Positions 16,362 through 24,660 of a stretch of 32,000 nt of DNA are shown here, piece by piece. Each line of letters starts with the position of its first letter. The stretch's first letter is position 1. Below the pieces are notes generated by a model. The model was not told the origin of the DNA. It saw only the letters and a program-made list of their open reading frames with translations, and searched no databases. The position numbers and the translations under genes are program-made. Origin of the DNA: Massilicoli timonensis (GTDB lineage Bacteria; Bacillota_I; Bacilli_A; Erysipelotrichales; Erysipelotrichaceae); assembly GCF_900199515.1 (NCBI RefSeq), contig NZ_LT963434.1:753272-785271 (forward strand), read 5' to 3'.

Positions 16362-17872
16362 TTGCCCTTTATATCCGCCTTTCCCTGGAGGATTATAAAT
16401 ACGACAGTATGAGCATTGAAAACCAGCACCTTGCGCTGAACGAATTTATTTCTTCCATGCCGGAGTCCACTCATGCAGAAGTCCTTGAGTTTATCGACAA
16501 CGGGTATAGCGGGACAAACTTTGAGCGTCCCAAAGTCCAGGAGCTGATTGAGATGGTACGGGCCAATAAGATCGACTGTATCATCGTAAAAGACTTTTCC
16601 CGATTTGGACGAAACAGCATTGAGACTGGCTATTTCATTGAGCGTGTGTTCCCGCTGTTTCACACCCGGTTCATTTCCATCAACGATGATTTTGACAGCG
16701 ATCAGCACAAGGGCGATACTGGCGGTATGGATGTAGCTTTCAAGTATCTGATCAGCGAGTATTACAGCCGTGATATGTCCATCAAGACCAAAAGCGCCAA
16801 GTACGCCAAAATGCAGCGCGGCGAATACCAGAGCAAAGTTTGCCCTTACGGGTATCGCAAAAGCGCCGATGGCAGAATGGAACCGAACCCGGAAACCGCT
16901 GCTGTGGTACAGCTTATTTTCCAACTTGCCGCAACCGGAATTGGAGCGGCAGCCGTTACCAGGGAACTCTTTAAGCGAGGCATCCCGACCCCCGGAGAAT
17001 ACAAAGCAACTCATGGGCAGCAGTACCACGATGTCTCCCGCTCCCGTGGACGCTGGAGCAGTTCTACGGTTCTCCGTATCCTGGAGGACGAACGCTATAT
17101 CGGCTCCTATGTCATCGGGCGTCGTGCAGTCATTGAAGTGGGCGGCACAAGGAGCCGCAAGAAGGACCGGGACAAGTGGTTCATTATCCCAGACCATCAT
17201 CCGGCAATCGTTGATAAAGAACTATTTGAAAAGGTGCAGGCTGTGCAGCGCCGATTCTCCTTGCCGACCAAGAAAACCAGGGAGTACCCACTAAAAGGCA
17301 AGGTCTATTGTGGCTGCTGTGATCATGCACTCTCCCGCATCGTCCCCAAAAGACCATTTTATATGTGCCGCCATTCTACCGCTGATGTGAACAGCCGCTG
17401 CCGAGATGTCCGGGCAGATGCTGCCGGTCTGGAGGAAGCCGTCCTCCTCACTTTGAAAAAGCAGCTGGAAATCCTGCTGCCCGTACATAAAGACGGCACC
17501 ATTCACTTGGAGGCCACCGCTGCCAAATGCTCTGAGTATGAGAAGCAGATGGAAGTTCTGAAGGACCAGAAGCAAGCTCTCTTTGAACGGTATCTCTTGG
17601 GGCAGATCGAGCTGGACACATATAAATCGGAGAAAGCAGTTTATGACGCAGAAATACTGAAAGTCAAAAATGCCTATGCTGCTGTCACCGCTCAGGCAAA
17701 GTTGAAGCGGGAAGAACAGGCCCGCCAAAGCAGCCGACAAGAGATTGCTCACTCGATTGAGGAAGCAGATGCGCTAACCTCCGAGTTGACCGATCTGCTG
17801 ATTGAAAAGGTGTATGTATTCCCCGACAATCGCATTGAGATTGTTTACAAGGTCCATGACCTCTTTGGATAA
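16346..17872 (+). CDS. Large serine recombinase 3
   Basis: LYIRLSLEDY, IIVKDFSRFGRN, CGCCDHAL...FYMCRHS...SRC, coiled-coil tail. GTG start after GGAGGTG overlaps rec2 by 16 nt. Confidence 0.9.
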   Translation: MQKYVIALYIRLSLEDYKYDSMSIENQHLALNEFISSMPESTHAEVLEFIDNGYSGTNFERPKVQELIEMVRANKIDCIIVKDFSRFGRNSIETGYFIERVFPLFHTRFISINDDFDSDQHKGDTGGMDVAFKYLISEYYSRDMSIKTKSAKYAKMQRGEYQSKVCPYGYRKSADGRMEPNPETAAVVQLIFQLAATGIGAAAVTRELFKRGIPTPGEYKATHGQQYHDVSRSRGRWSSSTVLRILEDERYIGSYVIGRRAVIEVGGTRSRKKDRDKWFIIPDHHPAIVDKELFEKVQAVQRRFSLPTKKTREYPLKGKVYCGCCDHALSRIVPKRPFYMCRHSTADVNSRCRDVRADAAGLEEAVLLTLKKQLEILLPVHKDGTIHLEATAAKCSEYEKQMEVLKDQKQALFERYLLGQIELDTYKSEKAVYDAEILKVKNAYAAVTAQAKLKREEQARQSSRQEIAHSIEEADALTSELTDLLIEKVYVFPDNRIEIVYKVHDLFG

Positions 17873-17890
17873 TTGAAGATACAAAAACGG

Positions 17891-17931
17891 AAAACCCAGG
17901 CCATCAAATCCATCTTAGTGGCTTGGGTTTT
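17891..17931. terminator. Hairpin S1 (bidirectional terminator-like; member of a repeated hairpin family)
   Basis: AAAACCCAGGCCA / TGGCTTGGGTTTT 13-bp stem (one G-U), followed by CTGCTCTTT on the plus strand and by CCGTTTTTGT on the minus strand. Confidence 0.7.
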
Positions 17932-17965
17932 CTGCTCTTTGGCGCTTTTATAGTCAAACGACAAG

Positions 17966-17974
17966 TGGTACAAT
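17966..17974 (+). promoter_or_regulatory. Extended -10 promoter (TGgTACAAT) for the orphan gene
   Basis: TG-n-TACAAT lies 48 nt upstream of the ATG at 18022. No good -35, which is acceptable for extended -10 promoters. Confidence 0.45.
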
Positions 17975-18021
17975 ATAGTTAAATTCTATTTACTATGAAA
18001 GCTGTACCAGGGGGAACAAAA

Positions 18022-18936
18022 ATGGGAAATCGAACATTTGAAGATGTGAAAAGCTATGTAGAATGGCAATCTCAAGGGAAATGCACAGTATTGAGCGCAA
18101 AAACAGAGCAACACTTCGATGATTTGGGTGTTGATGTGCGCGTCTGGAATGTCAAAACCGATACTGATGGAGATTGGTGGGTAGTGGAGGGCGACGGGAT
18201 TCCGATGAATCTCTATCCCCAAAGTGCATATTATTTTGGAGCAGATGAAGTGTATTCTTTCCACATGGGCTTAATGCAGAGAATGAGCGCAGCCCAGGGT
18301 GAATATAGTCCAGAGGATTTTGTAAATGGTGTGACGCTCGATGCAGAAATTGCTCCTCAACTTTTCCGAAAGCTCAAAAGTGTCGCTGCGCTAATTGATA
18401 CCGCTAAGGAGATTGAAGATTTTCAAGCGATAGGTGTTCAGTGCAGAGAAACATTGATTGAGCTCGGCAACCACATTTATGCCCCTGCAATGGCTGGTGA
18501 TGGGGAGCAGCCCCAAGCATCGAATTTCAAGCGAAAATGTGAACTATTTATTCAGTTCTATTTGAAAGGATCGGAAAACGCAGATTACAGAAGTATTATT
18601 AAGAAACTAACAGAATCCACCTGGGATTACGCCAATAAGATTACACATTCGCGTAGTGCTACATACTACGAAGCCTCAACCTGTGTTACGCTTTGTATTT
18701 CTCTTGTTGGCGTTTATGAAAACATCCTTCAGAAAGTTTTCGATCCACTTTCTCAATACCATTGCTCAGTTTGCCAAAGTAAGAAATTAAGCATTGATGG
18801 TGATGATTCGGATGAAGATGGAATGGTGAAAAAACTATATCTCCGTTGTGAAGAATGCGGTGCTACAACAGAAGTAGTCTTTGAAGGAAATGATGGAGAT
18901 AATCCCACCTATACTACGGGCAAAGTCGTAGAATAA
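18022..18936 (+). CDS. Orphan hypothetical protein with C-terminal CxxC...CxxC zinc ribbon (cargo gene; function unknown)
   Basis: 304 aa from the ATG at 18022 (AGGGGGAAC upstream). C-terminus is YHCSVCQSKK-(24 aa)-LRCEECGATTEVVF. The central helical region has a DUF4145/HEPN-like feel (...WDYANKITHSRSATYYEA...), unverified. Visibly AT-richer than its neighbours. Confidence 0.7.
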   Translation: MGNRTFEDVKSYVEWQSQGKCTVLSAKTEQHFDDLGVDVRVWNVKTDTDGDWWVVEGDGIPMNLYPQSAYYFGADEVYSFHMGLMQRMSAAQGEYSPEDFVNGVTLDAEIAPQLFRKLKSVAALIDTAKEIEDFQAIGVQCRETLIELGNHIYAPAMAGDGEQPQASNFKRKCELFIQFYLKGSENADYRSIIKKLTESTWDYANKITHSRSATYYEASTCVTLCISLVGVYENILQKVFDPLSQYHCSVCQSKKLSIDGDDSDEDGMVKKLYLRCEECGATTEVVFEGNDGDNPTYTTGKVVE

Positions 18937-19951
18937 AAAGCAAAAACAGAAAACCCAGACTATCAGCACTAAGATTGGTAGTTTGGGTTTTCTGCTTTTC
19001 AGAATTATATTTTTTTGTCGTGTGCTTGACATACGGGTGGCGAAGATCGTGGATACGAATACGCTTTACCCCGGCTTCTTTTGCACCCCTGTCCATCTCG
19101 TGGTGCAGATAGCTTTTGGTAACGGTAAAAACACGGTCTTTCTTTTTCAGCCCGTACTGCATACTGAAAAATTCCTGCATTTCGGTACAAAGAAAATCAG
19201 GCATTTGCACGGTACGGTTGCTTTTCTTTGTTTTCGGTGAGGTGATTACATCCTGACCTTTCAAACGCTGATAAGTCTTGCTGATTTTTACCGTTCCTTT
19301 TTCAAAGTCAAAATCGGCAGGGGTAAGAGCAAGCAACTCACCCTCACGGATACCTGTCCAATAAAGCATTTGAAATGCGTAATAGGAAAGCGGCTTATCC
19401 ATCATCACCTCGGAAAACTTTTGATACTCTTCCTTCGTCCAAAACAGCATTTCCTTTCGTTCCTCACTGCCCATATTGCCTGCTTTTGAGGCGGGATTGC
19501 TGCGCAAGTCATAAAATCTGACTGCATAGTTAAAGATGGCTGAAAGCTGATTGTGCAAAGTCTTAAGATAAGATGATGAGTAGGGCTTGTTTTCCTCGTT
19601 GCGGTAAGCCAGCATTTCATTTTGCCACGCTCTCACATCTTTGGTGGTAATCTCGTTAATTTTGCGGTCTTTAAAGTACGGCAGAATTTTCTGCTGAATA
19701 ATGTTCTCTTTGGTCTGCCAAGTGCTTTCCTTTAATCGTGGCTGCTGTTCTCTGCAATAAATTTCAACGAAGGCAGAAAAGGGCATATCCAAATCTCCTG
19801 AGCTTTGCTGCTGAAATTTCTGTTCCCAATCCTGCGCCTCTCGTTTTGTGGCAAAGCCACGCTTGCACTTTGGTTTGCGTTCGCCTTTCCAGTCGGTATA
19901 CTGCGTCATCACATACCAAGTGCCGTTGTCTTTATTCTTGTAAACGGGCAT
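18914..19951 (-). pseudogene. Tyrosine integrase (Tn916/phage-integrase family), 3'-truncated; homology ends at 19037
   Basis: Arm-binding-type N-terminus MPVYKNKDNGTWYV...KRGFATKREAQDWE, core WTGIREGELLAL and box II RIRIHDLRH. It then gives 40 junk residues (PYVKHTTKKYNSEKQKT...) read through hairpin S2. The ~60-70 aa region carrying the catalytic Tyr is missing. Confidence 0.8.
18950..18991. terminator. Hairpin S2 (bidirectional terminator-like; diverged copy of S1)
   Basis: AAAACCCAGACTA / TAGTTTGGGTTTT stem, followed by CTGCTTTTC on the plus strand and by CTGTTTTTGC on the minus strand. Its flanks align with S1. Confidence 0.7.
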
Positions 19952-20142
19952 TAATCATCTCTCCTTTCTGCTCCGTAAATTCTTTCACTAAAATACTGTC
20001 GGCTGACACGCCCTGCAACTGTAATAAATCCCTTTGCTCTCAGTTCATCGTTGAGCTGTCGGATAATCTTGTAGGCGTAAGCCTTTGAAACATCAAGTTC
20101 CTCTGCAACTTCATCTGCTCGCATAAAAGTCTTATCTGTCAT
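19951..20142 (-). CDS. Excisionase-family / MerR-like HTH DNA-binding protein (Xis-like)
   Basis: MTDKTFMRADEVAEELDVSKAYAYKIIRQLNDELRAKGFITVAGRVSRQYF. ATG at 20142 lies 8 nt after AAGGAG. Its stop overlaps the integrase ATG (TAATG). Confidence 0.75.
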   Translation of the reverse strand: MTDKTFMRADEVAEELDVSKAYAYKIIRQLNDELRAKGFITVAGRVSRQYFSERIYGAERRDD

Positions 20143-20367
20143 AAAATCAACTCCTTTAAAAATAGTCATCCTTATTTCGTGTCGGAATGCTTTCTGACCG
20201 CCTTCCGATTTGCCCGGGCGGGTACGCCATTACCGTGGTGTACGACGGTTATTCAGTTTTCACAGACTTAACGCTATTAGTTTAAGTCTGTATCATTATT
20301 ATACTAAGCAAATTCCGTAAAGTCAAGTGGTTACGAGAAAATATTAAACTTTTTTGTTTTTGTAGTC

Positions 20368-20396
20368 TTGACATATGCTAAGCGTATCTGTATAAT
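20368..20396 (+). promoter_or_regulatory. Consensus sigma-A promoter TTGACA-17-TATAAT
   Basis: TTGACA at 20368-20373, exactly 17 nt, TATAAT at 20391-20396; 35 nt upstream of the ATG at 20431. Confidence 0.75.
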
Positions 20397-20430
20397 GTAT
20401 ATTATCAATAGATCGTTAGGAGGAAGCGCA

Positions 20431-20955
20431 ATGGCAATCGGTGAAAGAATCCGTTTCTTTAGAAATTTAAGGGGTATGACCCAAAAGTGGCTCGGTCAGG
20501 CTGTGGGCTTTCCGCAAAAAACTGCTGACATTCGTATGGCACAGTATGAATCAGGATCAAGAACGCCGAAAGAGGATTTGGTAAAGGCTCTTGCAGGCGT
20601 ACTTGAGGTTTCGCCTTTGGCACTCAGAATTCCCGATATTGACAGTGATCTCGGCTTTATACATACTCTTTTTACCGTGGAGGATTTGCACGGCGTAAGA
20701 GTGGAGAAGAATGAAAACGAAGTACATATCGTCTTTGACGGAAACAAGCCGAATGTTGACCGCTCTGTTTTCCAAATGCTTATTGCTTGGGCAGAACAGG
20801 CTGAAAAATACAGAAACGGCGAGATTTCCAAAGAGCAATACGATGAGTGGCGCTATACTTATCCCGAAAAAGATACCACGCAGCATTGGGCGAAAGTTCC
20901 GTCACAGGAACTCAGCGATGCCTTTGTAGAAGCCTTTAAGGATAAACTGAAATAA
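20431..20955 (+). CDS. XRE-family HTH regulator with C-terminal extension
   Basis: IGERIRFFRNLRGMTQKWLGQAVGF...DIRMAQYESGSRTPKEDLVKALAGVLEVSPLAL. ATG follows GGAGGA. Confidence 0.85.
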   Translation: MAIGERIRFFRNLRGMTQKWLGQAVGFPQKTADIRMAQYESGSRTPKEDLVKALAGVLEVSPLALRIPDIDSDLGFIHTLFTVEDLHGVRVEKNENEVHIVFDGNKPNVDRSVFQMLIAWAEQAEKYRNGEISKEQYDEWRYTYPEKDTTQHWAKVPSQELSDAFVEAFKDKLK

Positions 20956-20970
20956 CCCTGCAAACGACAA

Positions 20971-21008
20971 AAACCCCGTACTGACTTTATTCCGTCAGTA
21001 CGGGGTTT
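20971..21008. terminator. Strong hairpin terminator (15-bp perfect stem), strongest on the minus strand, so it probably ends guaA transcripts
   Basis: AAACCCCGTACTGAC-tttattcc-GTCAGTACGGGGTTT. The minus-strand version is followed by TTGTCGTTTG. Confidence 0.8.
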
Positions 21009-21137
21009 AATGTTAATATGGAGTTTTTGTGAGCCTTCAGAAATTACTCTTTACCCACAAACCACTTGATACATCCGATAAAGGGGTTCAAGTGCAATCT
21101 TATCAAAATCTTATCAACGAGGGTTTTGAAATCCTGC

Positions 21138-21162
21138 AAACCCGCATTATTACTGGGTTTTC
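21138..21162. repeat. Hairpin S3 (AAACCC...TGGGTTTTC), guaA-proximal copy of the S1/S2 core
   Basis: AAACCC (21138-21143) pairs with GGGTTT (21155-21160). TGGGTTTTC at 21154-21162 is identical to 17924-17932 and 18984-18992. Confidence 0.55.
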
Positions 21163-21175
21163 AGACTTTTTCAAT

Positions 21176-22717
21176 TTATTCCCACTCAATCGTCGCCGGC
21201 GGTTTGCTCGTCACATCATACAGCACCCGATTCACATGCTTCACCTCATTCACGATCCGCACCGAAATCACATCCAGCACCTCATACGGAATCTTCGCCC
21301 AATCCCCGGTCATCCCATCAATCGAAGTCACCGCTCTGATCGCCACCGCATAATCATACGTCCGCTGATCCCCCATTACCCCAACACTCTGCATATTCGT
21401 CAAAGCCGTAAAATACTGCCAAATCTCACGATCCAGCCCCGCCTTCGCAATTTCCTCCCGCAAGATAAAATCCGACTCCCGAACGATCTCCAACTTTTCC
21501 TCCGTAATTTCCCCCAGAATACGAATTCCAAGCCCCGGCCCCGGGAACGGCTGCCGCCATACCATCTCATCAGGCAACCCCAACTCCGTACCCAGCGCAC
21601 GCACCTCATCCTTAAACAGCGTATTCAACGGCTCGATCAACTGAAACTGCATATCCGCAGGCAATCCCCCCACATTATGATGCGACTTGATCGTCTGCGC
21701 CGTCTTCGTCCCCGACTCGATCACATCCGTATAAAGCGTCCCCTGCGCAAGCCATTTAATATCCTCACCCTGCGTCAGCTTCTTCACTTCCTCATCAAAT
21801 GTATAAACAAACTCATTCCCGATGATCTTACGCTTCTGCTCAGGATCGCTGACCCCCTTCAACTTCGCCAAAAACCGCTCTTTCGCATCGATCTTTACCA
21901 AATGCACATTCATCTCCCGGCCAAACGTCTCCATGACGCCCTCTGCTTCCCCTTTTCTCAGCAAGCCATGATCAATAAACATACAGATCAGCTGATCCCC
22001 GATCGCCTTATGCAAAAGCGCCGCCACTACCGACGAATCCACCCCGCCGGATAACCCCAACAGCACCTTATCCTTTCCAACCTTTGCTCTGATCTTTTCA
22101 ATCTGCATATCTACAAAAGAATGCATCGACCAGTCATTTTTCGCATGGCAGATTTCAAATACGAAATTGCGCAAAATATCCAGACCGAATTCCGAATTTC
22201 TGACTTCCGGATGGAATTGCAGCGTATAAATCTGCTTCTCGGCATGAGCCGTTGCCGCGTAAGGGCAAGTATCGCTCGACGCTTCCACCGTAAATCCATC
22301 CGCCAGCACATCCACCTGATCCCCATGCGACATCCAAACCGTCTGCATTTTAGGAAGTCCCTTAAACAGCGCAGAATCCCCCTTCACCTCGATCTGTGTT
22401 CTGCCATATTCCTTCGTCTCACATGCCTTCACGCTGCCCCCGTTCATATAATGCGTCATCTGCATGCCATAACAAATACCCAAGATCGGAATACCGCTCT
22501 CAAAAATAGCCGGATCACACTGAAAAGAATCCTCATCATACACACTGTTCGGCCCCCCGCTGAATATGATTCCCTTCACATCGCCTAACGCTTCGATCTG
22601 CGCAATCGTCAAAGTGTGAGGATGAAGTTCACTGTAAACGCCAAACTCACGGATCCGTCGCGCAATCAACTGATTATACTGACTTCCAAAATCCAAAACA
22701 ATAATTTTATCTGCCAT
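21176..22717 (-). CDS. guaA: GMP synthase (glutamine-hydrolysing)
   Basis: 513 aa. GATase domain GICYGMQ, ATP-PPase P-loop [11 protein letters not shown]-terminal ...[18 protein letters not shown]. Confidence 0.97.
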   Translation of the reverse strand: MADKIIVLDFGSQYNQLIARRIREFGVYSELHPHTLTIAQIEALGDVKGIIFSGGPNSVYDEDSFQCDPAIFESGIPILGICYGMQMTHYMNGGSVKACETKEYGRTQIEVKGDSALFKGLPKMQTVWMSHGDQVDVLADGFTVEASSDTCPYAATAHAEKQIYTLQFHPEVRNSEFGLDILRNFVFEICHAKNDWSMHSFVDMQIEKIRAKVGKDKVLLGLSGGVDSSVVAALLHKAIGDQLICMFIDHGLLRKGEAEGVMETFGREMNVHLVKIDAKERFLAKLKGVSDPEQKRKIIGNEFVYTFDEEVKKLTQGEDIKWLAQGTLYTDVIESGTKTAQTIKSHHNVGGLPADMQFQLIEPLNTLFKDEVRALGTELGLPDEMVWRQPFPGPGLGIRILGEITEEKLEIVRESDFILREEIAKAGLDREIWQYFTALTNMQSVGVMGDQRTYDYAVAIRAVTSIDGMTGDWAKIPYEVLDVISVRIVNEVKHVNRVLYDVTSKPPATIEWE

Positions 22718-22780
22718 TTTCTATTCTCCTTTTATCGTAAAAAAGTTTACCACAGTTCCCTGTCGATTTCCATAGTTTTA

Positions 22781-24583
22781 TTACGAATCATCACGATTGC
22801 TTTCCTGTCTGCCGTTTCGATATTCCTGTATTTCCTGCGCTTTCTCCTGTAAATACATCCAGCGCTGCGTCAACGCCTCTAATTCCTGCTCCAGCTGTTC
22901 ACGCTTGACAGATAATTCATGAAGCAAGGCAAACGCATCTCCCGCCGTTTCCATCTGCTGATCCACTGCCGCGATCTTCCCTTCCACTTCTGCCAATCGA
23001 TCATCAATTTCCGCAAATTCCTTTTTCTCCGCCGAGGTGAATCTTGGCGCCTGCGCATCTTTCCAGCTTTTTGCAACGGATCGTGTGCACTTTTGAACCT
23101 CCTCACCTTCCTGCATCTTTGCCAGATAATCGCTGTATCCGCCCGCATATTGCTTCAATGTTCCATCTTCCTGAAAAACAAACACTTTATCACAAACCCG
23201 ATCTAAAAAATAACGATCATGACTGACAGCGATCACCGCCCCCTCAAATGCATCCAAATAATCCTCCAATACACTTAAAGTCTGAATATCCAAATCATTC
23301 GTCGGTTCATCCAACAATAAGATATTCGGTGCCTGTATCAAGATCTTCAACAGATAAAGACGTCTGCGCTCACCGCCGGACAGTCTGCCGATCTTTGCAT
23401 ATTGCAAATTGCGGTCAAATAAAAACTGCTCTAAGATCTGTGAAGCATTCAGCCTGCTTCCATCATGCATTTCCACCTCCCCGCTCTCCTTGATATAATC
23501 GATGACCCGCATCTCCCCATCCATTTCCACATCATGTTGCTTAAAGTAACCGATTCGTACCGTTTCCCCATAAATGATCATTCCGCTTTTCACCGTTTTT
23601 TCCTTTGCGATCAGATCCAACAACGTCGATTTCCCGCATCCATTCGCCCCGATGATCCCAACCCGATCACGTCTAAGCAAATGATATGTTACATCATGAA
23701 ATAATTCTTTTTCGCCATAGCCAAAGCCCACCTGCTCCAATTCGATCGTTTTCTTTCCTAAACGCGACACGACCGTATCGATCTGAATATGCTCTTCGAT
23801 TTCCTCATAACGCTTCTTGCGCAGCTCCTCAAAACGCTGCAACCGGCTTTTGCTTTTCGTCGTACGCGCCTGCACGCCTGCTCTTACCCATTCCAATTCT
23901 TTGCGATATAACTGACGGCGTTTATGCTCCTGCTCTTTTAACAGCTCCAGCCGTTTTTCCTTTGCTTCTAAATAGTCGCTGTAATTGCCTTCATGCACGT
24001 ACAGCTCCCCTTGATGCAGTTCGATCAGCCGCGTACAGATACGATCCAAAAAATAGCGGTCATGCGTTACCATAAAGATCGCACAATGGCTCTTTAGCAA
24101 ATATCCCTCCAGCCATTCCACCATATCACGATCCAAATGATTCGTCGGCTCATCTAACAGCAGTAAATCACATCTTGTGATCAGGGCACATGCCAAAGCG
24201 ACCCGTTTCTTCTGCCCGCCGGATAAAGCGGCGATCGGCTGTTCAAAGTCAAAGATGCCCAGCTTTGTCAAAATTGAACGAATTTCATATTACTCAACAG
24301 GGCTTTCCTGCATATGATTGCGATGATACATTTCCTCCATGATCGTTTCTTTTTCGAATACCGGCGTCTGCGGCAGATAATGAATGCGAATCCCATTTTT
24401 CATGATGATCCTGCCGCTGTCATAATGCTCCTTATCGGCAAGGATCTTGAGCAGTGTCGATTTCCCTGTGCCGTTGACACCGATCACACCGATCTTATCC
24501 TGTGCTTCGATCGCAAAAGAAGCGTTTTCCAAAATCCTTTTCTCATTGTGATATTTCTTTAATCGTTCTGCGCTCAACAACAT
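22781..24583 (-). pseudogene. ABC-F family ATPase (Uup/YfmR-like, two NBDs plus C-terminal coiled coil) interrupted by one in-frame TAA at 24290-24292
   Basis: The two track ORFs (24290-24601 and 22781-24271) share one frame: ...HMQESPVE*YEIRSILTKLGIFDFEQPIAALSGGQKKRVALA... NBD1 GVNGTGKST, NBD2 GANGCGKST. ATG at 24583 follows AAAGGAG. Confidence 0.65.
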
Positions 24584-24660
24584 ACGATCGCTCCTTTCCA
24601 CTGATGCACCGGCACATTTCTCATTTACCCATCTGCCTTATTTCCGTTATTCATTTATTT

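Larger units (their letters stand above)
10690..21165. mobile_element. Composite, partly decayed integrative-element island between the DtxR-like gene and the guaA 3' end (boundaries approximate)
   Basis: Recombinase, Xis and XRE gene content; composition visibly GC-richer at 11.1-17.9 kb and AT-richer at 18.0-18.9 kb. Related TGG(G/A)TTTTC core copies at 10773, 17924, 18984 and 21154. Confidence 0.6.

Noticed and set aside
12855-17752. Several long minus-strand ORFs (12855-13427, 13842-14300, 14457-15332, 15354-15749, 16022-17200, 17291-17752)
   Set aside because: All are antisense to the three serine-recombinase genes, lack RBSs and have no recognisable motifs. Long antisense ORFs are expected in GC-richer coding DNA.
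17881-19000. Integron-like attC sites flanking a cassette
   Set aside because: The hairpins lack the RYYYAAC/GTTRRRY R-box ends. No IntI-type integrase or attI is present. I kept them as an unclassified hairpin family instead.
21029-22054. 341-aa plus-strand ORF
   Set aside because: It is entirely antisense to the unmistakable guaA gene. The translation is low-complexity (R/P/L/H/I-rich), and there is no RBS. It is a codon-bias artefact.
22718-22780. Purine riboswitch upstream of guaA
   Set aside because: Only about 63 nt separate the guaA start from the ABC-F stop. No guanine-riboswitch core or terminator is visible in that space.
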